Assembly (NCBI GenBank): GCA_938075675.1
Contig: CALJHE010000011.1
Location: forward strand, 10,603 to 74,602
DNA length: 64,000 nt
Reading direction: 5' to 3'
From: Candidatus Poseidoniaceae archaeon
GTDB taxonomy: Archaea; Thermoplasmatota; Poseidoniia; Poseidoniales; Poseidoniaceae
In this document: positions 1 to 9,400 of the stretch, piece by piece
How the letters are laid out: each line of letters starts with the position of its first letter
How positions within the stretch are numbered: position 1 is the stretch's first letter
The notes under the pieces: generated by a model
The model's database searches: none
Told to the model about the DNA's origin: nothing
The model's input: the letters and a program-made list of their open reading frames with translations, nothing else
Made by a program: the position numbers and the translations under genes

Positions 1-320
1 TGAGTCAATTCCCGGAGACACCGAGGTGCAAGGTCTACAGCAACTAATCGACCTTTCAAATCATTGTGTTGACCGCACAGATGGTCGTGCAGATGGCTGA
101 TGGATGTACCGTGACCTGCGCCGAGGTAAAGCACATCTGTGCCTTCATCTGGAAGCAACCACGAAGGGTCGCGGCGGGTGCGCATGATGGCTGCACCTAG
201 TTTCGAACGGGACGGGTCCCAACGGCGGAATTCCGTTCCTGAAAACGAACGCAGCGATTCACCGTAAACAGCCCGTTTCGGGACTGCATTCATCGTCCAC
301 AGCGCTCGTCCGTCTTTCAT
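1..320 (-). CDS. flpA: Fibrillarin (C/D box sRNP rRNA 2'-O-methyltransferase), N-terminal part; the 3' end lies outside the window
   Basis: Minus-strand translation from the ATG at 320 gives MKDGRALWTMNAVPKRAVYGESLRSFSGTEFRRWDPSRSKLGAAIM...DVLYLGAGHGTSISHLHD. This carries the VYGE, R.W.P.RSKL and LYLGA..GT..SH fibrillarin motifs. It lies directly downstream of nop5, as in most archaea. It is absent from the ORF track because it runs off the edge. Confidence 0.85.
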   Translation of the reverse strand, partial: MKDGRALWTMNAVPKRAVYGESLRSFSGTEFRRWDPSRSKLGAAIMRTRRDPSWLLPDEGTDVLYLGAGHGTSISHLHDHLCGQHNDLKGRLVAVDLAPRCLRELT

Positions 321-377
321 CACGGCCCATGAGAGCATGGTCCTGCGGCGGTTGTTGTATCGTCCCATGAAATCACC

Positions 378-1412
378 TCAACCTCGACGTGAAGGTGGAG
401 ATGGATACGCTTCACGAATATCCTCAACTTTTTGTTCCAGTTCTCTCATTTCCTCTTCGCCCCAAGGCTCACCTTCAAAGGCATCAATCTTGGCAGCAAT
501 GCTTGCTTTCGCAGCAACGGTTCGAGAGATTTTACCTCGAACCCAGCGAGGGGAGCGGGAGATCCATGGATGCATGAAGATGTGGCCGTGTTTTGGCGGA
601 GGTGCTCCAGTTTTCAAGTGGTTGAAGAACGCCTTTTCAGCGCCCAAAACCTGAACGGTCCCAGCAGGCAAGCGTGCTAAACGCATTCGGCCGTGGGCCT
701 CAACACATAATCGGGCAGCGAGCAAGGGACCGAGCAACGCCGAGAGCGACGGAAGATGTTGTTCAGAGAGATGGCGAATACCGTTCTCCAGTCGGTCGAG
801 TTGACCGCGGAAAACAGATACACTTTGGCCCCATTCTTTGAGTGCCTTCCATTCTGGTTTGTCGGGTCCAACTGGAGGGAGTGAGACGCCAAGGGTTTGA
901 GAAAGATGTTCGAGTGATTCAGCCTGGGATACTGTTTTTCCGAGCGAAGAACGGTCTTGACCAAAGCGAGCCTCTGGCAAAAAGAGCCCAACCCATTCGA
1001 CAAGACGAGCCTCCATAGTGATGAAAGTACTGCGCATTTCATCGCTGGCTCTCATCAAATGCTCAAGACGTCGGTCAGGGTCACCTGCAGCTTGTGCAAC
1101 GCCCATGGTCGCCATCGCTATTGCTGCTTGATCGGCTGCTTCTTGTGCCTCTTCATCAGGCAATGGCCAGTCTGCATTCGGTAGGTCCGGCTCGCCGTGT
1201 ACACGAGGTTTTGCTTCTGGGAAGCGTTCGAGTAGAAGCATTGCTTCAGGGGTAAGTCCGCCTGCAGCAATGCACTCGAGCCGTTCGACAATGGTTCTTT
1301 GGTCGTGAAAACCGTCCCATTGCTCATCGTCGAGAATGGAGCCATGGTCATCCGCAATCGCTGCTGCACGCCAGTCGTACCAAAGCCACATGATTCTCCG
1401 ATTGGGCACCAT
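378..1412 (-). CDS. nop5: Nop5 (Nop56/58 family) C/D box sRNP core protein
   Basis: The C-terminal Nop domain motif LGAEKAFFNHLKTGAPPPKHGHIFMHP is present. The gene is followed by fibrillarin on the same strand. Confidence 0.85.
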   Translation of the reverse strand: MVPNRRIMWLWYDWRAAAIADDHGSILDDEQWDGFHDQRTIVERLECIAAGGLTPEAMLLLERFPEAKPRVHGEPDLPNADWPLPDEEAQEAADQAAIAMATMGVAQAAGDPDRRLEHLMRASDEMRSTFITMEARLVEWVGLFLPEARFGQDRSSLGKTVSQAESLEHLSQTLGVSLPPVGPDKPEWKALKEWGQSVSVFRGQLDRLENGIRHLSEQHLPSLSALLGPLLAARLCVEAHGRMRLARLPAGTVQVLGAEKAFFNHLKTGAPPPKHGHIFMHPWISRSPRWVRGKISRTVAAKASIAAKIDAFEGEPWGEEEMRELEQKVEDIREAYPSPPSRRG

Positions 1413-1533
1413 CTATTCACCCTTCCCTCTGCGTATCTGTGCGGATTCAGCATCTGAATATTCTTTAAAAACGGATAAAAGTCGAGATTGAAGTTCCGAC
1501 AAACCTAAGTAGCCCTTGATATGCCGTCTTTCT

Positions 1534-1887
1534 ATGTTTTGCCCACAATGTGGAACCTTATCCTTCCCTAACCCGAGCGGTGACATCTCATGCACGAACT
1601 ACAAATGCGGATACAATGGTCCAGCAAACGTCGTCATTAAAGGCACTGATGGAAAAGATGTCGACCTTTCCAAAGCAACTTCCAAAACAGAATCAAAGAA
1701 TCGCGTCTATGAAGTCATCAAGGATTCCGACAAACTCCACGGCGTCCTTACGACTGGAACGTACATGTGTCCCAAGTGCGATGGAATAGAAGTATTCTCT
1801 TACCTTGAACAAACTCGCTCTTCGGATGAACCAGAAACCAGGATGTTAACCTGCAAGAACTGCAGTCACGGTTGGCGAGAGTACTGA
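1534..1887 (+). CDS. tfs: Transcription factor S / RNA polymerase subunit M-like (TFS)
   Basis: There is an N-terminal zinc ribbon (MFCPQCG...C..YKC) and a C-terminal TFIIS-type ribbon (CPKCDG...QTRSSDEPETRMLTCKNCSHGW). I prefer the ATG at 1534 (MFCPQCG) over the track start at 1516. Confidence 0.85.
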   Translation: MFCPQCGTLSFPNPSGDISCTNYKCGYNGPANVVIKGTDGKDVDLSKATSKTESKNRVYEVIKDSDKLHGVLTTGTYMCPKCDGIEVFSYLEQTRSSDEPETRMLTCKNCSHGWREY

Positions 1888-1961
1888 GCCTTACGCCGAG
1901 TTCAATCAATGAACTCAAACCGAACAGATAGTGAGCATTCTACGCAGTCTAACGTTGTAGA

Positions 1962-1977
1962 GCCAACTTGGGTTGGC
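1962..1977. terminator. Perfect hairpin GCCAAC-TTGG-GTTGGC in the convergent tfs/pcna spacer, 2 nt beyond the PCNA stop
   Basis: The inverted repeat was read directly from the sequence (6-bp stem, 4-nt loop). A terminator or 3'-end role is inferred only from its position. Archaeal termination normally relies on oligo-T tracts. Confidence 0.25.
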
Positions 1978-1978
1978 A

Positions 1979-2728
1979 TCACATGTCGTTTTCAACACGT
2001 GGAGCGAGGAAATACTGGATTTCAGCCGCACCATCGTGGAAACTAAAGGTCATCGAAAGTGGATAGTTCTCGCCAAAGCCAATGTCTACAGATTGCAGGT
2101 TACCGAAGATCTTCGACAACGGAACAAGGTACGTGAGAGAGTATTGGCTTCGGGCAGGCGCATCACATTCGATGTGTTGCAGTTCCTCTTTGTCAAAAGC
2201 AACGGTCACTGAGTCAGTCGAACCTTGCACGTGGACGGTGAAAGAATTTTCATCAATACTGAAATTGACGAGGTCTCCAACTTGACGAGCTGCACGCAAT
2301 GCTTGTGTGAAATCAGCACCCGAGATGGTTACTTTGCACGGCAATTCCAATGCAGGAAGGGTCGGAGGGGTCATGGTCGAATTGTCCAAAGGACGGATGT
2401 TACGGTCAATCTTGCCCAAGTTAACGGTCAAGACGCCGGTTTCGTCACCATAGGCCATTTCGATGAGATCGGTAGGACCTCCCAAACTTACCAATTCCTT
2501 GATTTTTCGAATCTCGAGACCTAGGCTTGTTGTATCAAGCTCCCAGGTGTCAAAGGCAGCAGCGTCGATGTCCATTTGGATCATTGCAACGTGTGATGGG
2601 TCGACGACACGGACTTGTAATCCATTTTCGCCAAAATCAAACCTTGCATCTTCTACTACTACACTTAGCGTTTCGATAATTTTGCTCATCAAGTCCTGTC
2701 GGGCCGTGACGTTCAACATGAGATACAC
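1979..2728 (-). CDS. pcn: DNA polymerase sliding clamp PCNA
   Basis: The 249-aa length fits. The N-terminus (ARFDFGENGLQVRVVDPSHVAMIQMDID..AF) and overall pattern are typical of archaeal PCNA. The start could be the second or third Met. Confidence 0.9.
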   Translation of the reverse strand: MYLMLNVTARQDLMSKIIETLSVVVEDARFDFGENGLQVRVVDPSHVAMIQMDIDAAAFDTWELDTTSLGLEIRKIKELVSLGGPTDLIEMAYGDETGVLTVNLGKIDRNIRPLDNSTMTPPTLPALELPCKVTISGADFTQALRAARQVGDLVNFSIDENSFTVHVQGSTDSVTVAFDKEELQHIECDAPARSQYSLTYLVPLSKIFGNLQSVDIGFGENYPLSMTFSFHDGAAEIQYFLAPRVENDM

Positions 2729-2880
2729 CCCTCTCCAAATAGTCTCCTCCTTCGACGGCTTATGAACTTAACATCTCGGATGCGTAAAAAGCACCCCGTC
2801 CGGCGCGGTATTTTGAAAAATATCGGTTTTCCGCGCATGTGCAATTCGCTTATTTGTATCAAGGCTTCCCTTGACTTGAT

Positions 2881-4044
2881 ATGGGCGGCCCAACTCCAAT
2901 GGGCATGGGCGAAGCATCAGGCTCGGTGACACCACTGCTCAAAGAAGACGGCAAAGCGTTCAAAATCGCCGTGTTGATACCGACCATCAACAATGCTGAT
3001 GAACTTGACATCGTACTTGGAAGACTCGCCAAGCAAACCTATTCCGATTTTGAAGTCGTAATTTCTGACTCTAAATCAAAAGACCACACGAAAGACGTGT
3101 GTGAAAAATACGGCGCTACATGGATTGAAGACCCGTCTCGTAACCGTGCTGATGCCTGCAATTATGCTCTACGACAAATGGACCATGACTTGGTCTTATT
3201 CACCGACGATGACACTGTACCACCTCTCGACTGGGTCGAGAAACTTGTTCGCTGGTTCGACAACCCCGAAGTTGGTGCTGTTGGCGGACCAAACTTCGCT
3301 CCCGACGATGACCCATTTGGCGCGAAGTGTGCTGATGTAGCGTTCTGTACCAAGTTCATGACAGCCGGCACTCGCTACGGCGCTCAGCCCAAAGGCGAAC
3401 TTGTCCCCATCACCCACAATCCTGGTGTGAACTGTGCCCACCGTATGGCAAACCTACGAGAAGTTGATTTCTTCGAACCGGGTTGTATTGGCGCTGAAGA
3501 TGTGGTTTTGGACGCGAAAATCCAGCGAGCTGGACACAAGTTGTTCATCGACCCATCCAATGTCATGCCGCACCGTCGCCGACGTCCGTTCAAGCCGTAC
3601 ATGAAGCAGATGCGAAACTACGGATACACGCGAATGGTAGCGAACAAGCGCTGGCCTGAAATCTCGGCATGGTCACACACCGCGATTGGATTCTTCCCCA
3701 TCATCGTGGTGACGGCGTTGCTTGCTATGCTTTACGGCGGCCTTACCGGAGGAGCGGATGCAGACCTCTGGTTCTCACTCTCTGGAGAATGGAATTTCTC
3801 ACGGGTTGCGTTCCACATACCACTTGGCCTTGTGTGCACCTACATTGGAATCAGTTGGCTTGGAGCAGCAATAGGAACTTCACCGCATCGCTCGATTGGA
3901 ACGGTGTTCCTGGCGCCACTGTTTGTCTTCCTCGCTCAATGGGCGTACGGACAAGGTGTCATCAAGGCATGGAGAGAGATTCGACGCACCGGTGGAAGAG
4001 CCGGGGAAGGCGCTCAGATTGATGACCGAATCCGAACGGCTTGA
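2881..4044 (+). CDS. Family 2 glycosyltransferase with C-terminal transmembrane region
   Basis: The GT-A fold N-terminus is present (KIAVLIPTINNADELDIVLGRLAKQTYSDFEVVISDS) with a DxD-type motif (FTDDDT). Hydrophobic helices occupy the last ~130 aa. Confidence 0.8.
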   Translation: MGGPTPMGMGEASGSVTPLLKEDGKAFKIAVLIPTINNADELDIVLGRLAKQTYSDFEVVISDSKSKDHTKDVCEKYGATWIEDPSRNRADACNYALRQMDHDLVLFTDDDTVPPLDWVEKLVRWFDNPEVGAVGGPNFAPDDDPFGAKCADVAFCTKFMTAGTRYGAQPKGELVPITHNPGVNCAHRMANLREVDFFEPGCIGAEDVVLDAKIQRAGHKLFIDPSNVMPHRRRRPFKPYMKQMRNYGYTRMVANKRWPEISAWSHTAIGFFPIIVVTALLAMLYGGLTGGADADLWFSLSGEWNFSRVAFHIPLGLVCTYIGISWLGAAIGTSPHRSIGTVFLAPLFVFLAQWAYGQGVIKAWREIRRTGGRAGEGAQIDDRIRTA

Positions 4045-4122
4045 AACCCACAGACGAGAAATACACGCCTCCCTCGAATGATGAGGGTAAAGCATTAGTC
4101 ATGGTGAAGAGCAAGGCCGTTC

Positions 4123-4443
4123 ATGGCGAGTCGGTTTCAACAACGGTTTGCTGAACTTGACAAGCCAGATGATATCACGGATGAAGATGAAATATGGTCG
4201 CTTATTCGTTTCAGCCTCGTCACCTTTCGAGTGCTCCTGTTTATCGCAATTATTGTCATCTCTGAAATCATGGAGAGTTACTTCATTTACAATTTATCTA
4301 TGGCGATTTGGTCATTGGTCATTGGCATCCCGTTGTTCATATTGACCTCTATGGGAATCATTCTCGGCGACCGGTTCATGCAGCAAGAGAAGACTGCATC
4401 CGCCGCATCAGCAGTCTTGCGACCAATCCAAGAACGCTTGTGA
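4123..4443 (+). CDS. Small hypothetical membrane protein (2 predicted TM helices)
   Basis: The ORF fills the gap between flanking genes. It has two long hydrophobic stretches (LLFIAIIVISEIM, WSLVIGIPLFILTSMGIIL). No family was recognised. Confidence 0.4.
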   Translation: MASRFQQRFAELDKPDDITDEDEIWSLIRFSLVTFRVLLFIAIIVISEIMESYFIYNLSMAIWSLVIGIPLFILTSMGIILGDRFMQQEKTASAASAVLRPIQERL

Positions 4444-4444
4444 C

Positions 4445-6313
4445 TCACTCATCAGCATCTGGAAGTCCGGCCATGTCACCGGTTTGAATGGCCCATTGAC
4501 TGGCATAAACGCCGTCTGCTTCGACCAAGTTATCGTGCAAACCACGCTCGACCACTGCGCCATCAACCATGGCAAGTATCTCATTGGCATTTCGAATTGT
4601 GCTCAAACGGTGAGCAACAGCAATAGTTGCTCGATCGCTGCCGCTGGCGAGAAGATTTTCTTGTATTCTACGTTCAGTCTCTGCATCAAGAGCGCTGGAG
4701 GCTTCGTCTAAAATCAACAAACTTGGTTGCTTGAGAAGTGCACGAGCCAACGATACACGAGCACGCTGACCGCCACTGAGTTTAGCACCACGGTCACCGA
4801 CCATTGTATCCAAACCGCCCTCCAGTTCTTGAATGAAGTCCCATGCACCTGCGAGTTTCAATGCGGTGTTCAATTCCTCATCAGTGGATTCTTGGTTGTA
4901 TCTCACGTTATCACTTACCGTGCCATAGAACAAGAACGGCTCCTGACTGACAAATCCTATTTTATCACGAACGGAATGCAGTGTGAAATTGTTGAGCGAT
5001 TGCCCGTTGATGAGTACATCGCCGCTGTCTGGCACATAGTATCGCATCAAGAGTTTGAGAATGGTGGTCTTTCCAGCGCCTGTGTGACCCATAACACCAA
5101 GGAAATCCCCACCTCCTGCCTTGAACGAAATGCCGCTCAACACTTTGATGGAGGTTCCAGGGTAGGTGAAATGAACATCACGGAATTCAACAGAGGTAAT
5201 CGGCGTATTCAATTCGATTGCATCAGGCTGGTCGAAAATTGTAGGCTCGAGGTCAATCGTTGCAAAGACGCGCTTTGCTGCTGCTTCGCCGCGTTGAATC
5301 TGATTGATGAGGATACCAAAAATAAACATCGGCATGGTCATTCGAGTGCTGATCAACAGGAATGTAACCAGTTCACCGGTCGAGATTTCACCCTCAGCAG
5401 CCAACCATCCACCTGCGGTGACAAGAAGACCAAAAGCGATTCCTGCGATGAGATAAATCATCGGCAAAAACCGGTTTCGATCACGACTTGCACCCATCGC
5501 TTGGTCGCGATAGTTCCCTGATTCACGGGCAACACGCTCAGATTCCCAAGCCTGGGCGTTGTAAGCCTGCACGACAGAAATACCGGAAATCAAGTTTTCC
5601 AGAACGGCATGGATATCTCCGGTCGACTCTCGTTGTTTGCGGTATTTGCGCTGAACTCTGGTCGAGAACCAATAGACGCAAGGGATGATGAACAGAATCG
5701 GTCCAAACAAAATTCCAGCCAATTTCAGTGACATCGATGCAAGAATCACAAAAGCGGTAAGGAACGTGAAAACGATTCGGATGATCGATGTCGAAGAGTC
5801 AGACACGACGTCTTCTAACTGGTTGACGTCGCTGGAAAGTACCGACATCAATTGCCCTGTTTGACGCATGTCGTAATACGAAGCCTCCATGGCGATGAGT
5901 GAGCGCGTGGCATCCATTCGCAAGTCGTGCTGGATGTTGTAACCGAGCGTTTGCCAAGAGTATTCAGAGACACCTTGGAAGAAAGCGAGCATAACGAAAC
6001 CCATGAAAATCATGACGCCGTATCCAACTGCAGGTTCGGAATGAATGGAATTGACGGCGTTTTGAACGAGCATAGGTCCAACCATCACATCGGATGTGAA
6101 GTAGTCAACTGCCCATCCAATGGCGACGAACGGAACGAGGTCAACAATACGAGCACAAGCATTACCGATAAAACCAGCCAAGAGACGGCGAGGATAGCGG
6201 AAGGCGTAGGGGACGACTCTCCAAACTTGCTTGCCAAGCACTTGCACGCTGTCATTCAATTCTTCAGGTTCGAGTGATTCGACCTTCGGACCACGGTTTG
6301 AGCGTCGCGACAT
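4445..6313 (-). CDS. ABC exporter, fused permease/ATPase (ABCB/MsbA-like)
   Basis: A six-helix N-terminal TMD is followed by Walker A (GHTGAGKTT), the signature LSGGQRARVSLARAL and Walker B (LLILDEASSALD). Confidence 0.9.
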   Translation of the reverse strand: MSRRSNRGPKVESLEPEELNDSVQVLGKQVWRVVPYAFRYPRRLLAGFIGNACARIVDLVPFVAIGWAVDYFTSDVMVGPMLVQNAVNSIHSEPAVGYGVMIFMGFVMLAFFQGVSEYSWQTLGYNIQHDLRMDATRSLIAMEASYYDMRQTGQLMSVLSSDVNQLEDVVSDSSTSIIRIVFTFLTAFVILASMSLKLAGILFGPILFIIPCVYWFSTRVQRKYRKQRESTGDIHAVLENLISGISVVQAYNAQAWESERVARESGNYRDQAMGASRDRNRFLPMIYLIAGIAFGLLVTAGGWLAAEGEISTGELVTFLLISTRMTMPMFIFGILINQIQRGEAAAKRVFATIDLEPTIFDQPDAIELNTPITSVEFRDVHFTYPGTSIKVLSGISFKAGGGDFLGVMGHTGAGKTTILKLLMRYYVPDSGDVLINGQSLNNFTLHSVRDKIGFVSQEPFLFYGTVSDNVRYNQESTDEELNTALKLAGAWDFIQELEGGLDTMVGDRGAKLSGGQRARVSLARALLKQPSLLILDEASSALDAETERRIQENLLASGSDRATIAVAHRLSTIRNANEILAMVDGAVVERGLHDNLVEADGVYASQWAIQTGDMAGLPDADE

Positions 6314-6429
6314 AACCCAATCGCAGGATGCGATGCTCTTGAACCCTCGGTATGGATATCGCTACCATGAACAGCGCGATGCACCTTGGATACAAATCAT
6401 TCATGAGGGAGTAGTGACTGTATCGTAAC

Positions 6430-9400
6430 ATGACGACGAAGCGAAGTATACGTGCAATCACTTTTTCTGCACTCATGCTCATTCAAATATTGGCTCCAAT
6501 CACCTATGCATCGCCATCTTCAACGCCAACTGCAGTGGTTGATACCAGTGTGGATTTGGCATTACTGAACGGCATTGGACTTGCACCAAGTGCTGATGCG
6601 GCCCATGGTTGGTTCGACTCGGCGGATGGTGTTGGAGAAATCGGCCTCTTGTACCGCGATGCGAGCGTTGTTGCAATTGACGACTGGTCCTCATGGACCG
6701 GGCAAGGTTCTGCTCTGAATGGATGGTATGTACTCACACACGCAACTCCAATTCCAACCGAGTGGTTCTATGAACTCGAAGATGCCGGAATTGAATGTTT
6801 CACCTTCATGCCACCAAACGGATTCCAGTGTGAACTGAAAGGCCACTCAACAGCAGAGTTGGAGAAACTCGATGTCGAAGGATTGGTTCAAATCGACGCT
6901 GTCGATAAGTTGAGAGAGGATTTAGTTCGTGGAGTGCTTGGAGAACAAAAGCAATTTTTCAATCCATATTCCATCGAAGGCAAAGCCATCGTCAATATTG
7001 TCCTGTCGGGAACTGCGTTGCCGGAAGGACTCGAAAACCGTAACGACCTCGTACTCGACTCACACTCTGGACGCTTCGCAACTCTCGTCGCTGAAACTTC
7101 TGGCATTGAATGGCTTGCCTCCAACGGTGCTGTTGAATGGATTGAAACAAGCCCTCACTTCATATTGAACAACGACGTTGCGGCAACAATCATCCATGCT
7201 GATGACCTTCAAAATTCGTCCTTCATGACAGCTCGTGACCCAGGATGGGGTAGCCTTGATGGAAGCGGAATCGTTGTCGCAGTAGGCGATACTGGACTTG
7301 ACAACGGTGTCAACAATTCAAACACGCATCCTGATTTCAAAGACCACATCAAAGGAATTTACTCTTTCCCAATACCACCTTCACAGTGCGCCTGGATTGG
7401 AAACAACCCCGGTTCATGCGACGACGGTGCAAACGATGACCACGGTCACGGCACGCACGTTGCCGGATCAGTACTCGGCGATGGAACCCTTTGGCCGGAC
7501 GTCCAAGGTATGGCACCAGAAGCCCAACTGTTGGTTCATGCCATCGAACACGGTGGCTCGCTCTCAGGAATTCCAAACGACCTTGGAGACATGTTCGACC
7601 TTGCAGTTGACAACGACAGCCGCGTACACACAAACTCTTGGGGTTCGAGTGTTGCAGGCTTCTACACGACAAGTTCGATGCAGTCGGACTTGAACGCACT
7701 GAAAAACGATGAACTTGTCATCATGTTCGCCGCAGCCAATGAAGGAGTTGACGCTGATGGCGACGGTAAAATCGATGAAGACAGCATGGGCTCACCTGCG
7801 ACAGCAAAGAACGTCATATCGATTGGAGCCAGTGAAAACCTACGAACGAACGCAACTGGTTCATGGCCTGTGTGGGCATCGAACAACATTTCCGGAATGG
7901 CTACCTTTTCATCCCGTGGTCCAACAGACGACGGTCGATTGAAACCTGATTTCTCAGCTCCGGGCACCAATATTCTCTCCACCCGTTCTCGCGACCCGGG
8001 AGCTGGGGGCAGCGGAAATTACACTTTCATGAGCGGAACGAGCATGGCGACACCTGTCTCCGCCGGTGCTGCCGCACTCTTGCTTCAGCATCTCATCGAA
8101 AACCAAAACGTGTCCAACCCATCATCTGCACTGGTGAAGGGAATCTTTGCTGCGACTTCGGTCGACATGATTGGCCAGTACAATGACCCCACCGACGGCG
8201 CAGGCCAAACTGCACCAAATAACCACGAAGGTTGGGGGCGAATCAACCTCTCCAGCGCAATTTCGGCATCGTTCGTGGACCGAGAATCGTTGAGCACTGG
8301 TGACGTGCGAGGTTGGAGCGTCAGCGTACCAGCGACAGCACCCACCATGCAAGTCATGCTCTCATACAACGACGAGACGAGCAGCCCGGTCGTATCTGCA
8401 AACCTCGTCAACGATGTGGATTTGGCTGTCAAAGACCCGAGTGGCACGTGGACAAACCTCTCGGACAGCATCAACAATCTGAAAGGACTAACTTTTGCTT
8501 CGCCCGCTCAAGGTGTATGGGAAATTCACATCATCGGAACCTCAATTCCTTCTGGACCGCAGTTCTTCTCTGTAGCCGTTAACTCAGGCTATGCAATGGT
8601 CAACCTTACGCAAGACGCTGATCTTGACGGAACCGTTGATGAGGATGATGATTGCGCATTCACCTTCGGAATTTCCTCCGTTGACCGACAAGGATGCCCG
8701 GATACCGATGGTGACGGATATTCTGACCCCAGTTTCAACTGGACAACAGCAAACGGCGCTGACGTTTTCATCAATGAACCAACACAATGGGCAGACCAAG
8801 ATGGAGATGGGTACGGTGACAATCTCGGCGGAACGAACCCTGATTCTTGCTTGACCGTGTCCGGGACATCAAGCGGAGACCGCTTCGGATGCCTCGATTC
8901 GGATTCGGACACCTATTCCGATGCTGAGACAAACCTCGGCGGTTGGACGGTGTTCCAAGGAGCAGATGCATGCAGAACCGTGTTTGGAACATCGAACGGT
9001 GATAGAAACGGATGTCCCGATGAAGATGGGGACACCTACAGTGATCCAGACCCGAGCGGGACAAACGGTTCGGTATGGTTGGTCTCCAACGGTGCTGATG
9101 CCTTCCTTGGCGACATCACCCAATGGGCAGACTCCGACGGAGACGGATACGGAGATAATCCTCCACCGGCCACGAACAGCGATGATTGCCCAACCGTACT
9201 CGGCACCTCGACGGTAGATCGAACGGGATGTCTTGACACCGATGGAGACGGATACTCCGATGCTGATAGCACTGCCTTGGCTCATCCTGCTGGAACGGCT
9301 GATGCGTTCCCGAATGATGCCACCCAGTGGCTTGACTCAGACGGAGATGGATACGGTGACAACCAATCCGGAACAAATCCAGATGCTTGTGTCAATGATG

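Noticed and set aside
4079-4155. A C/D box sRNA candidate (ATGATGA at 4079, TGAAGA at 4103, CTGA at 4152).
   Set aside because: There is no CTGA D' box at the right spacing and no terminal stem complementarity. The distal CTGA also lies inside the next ORF, so this is likely chance.
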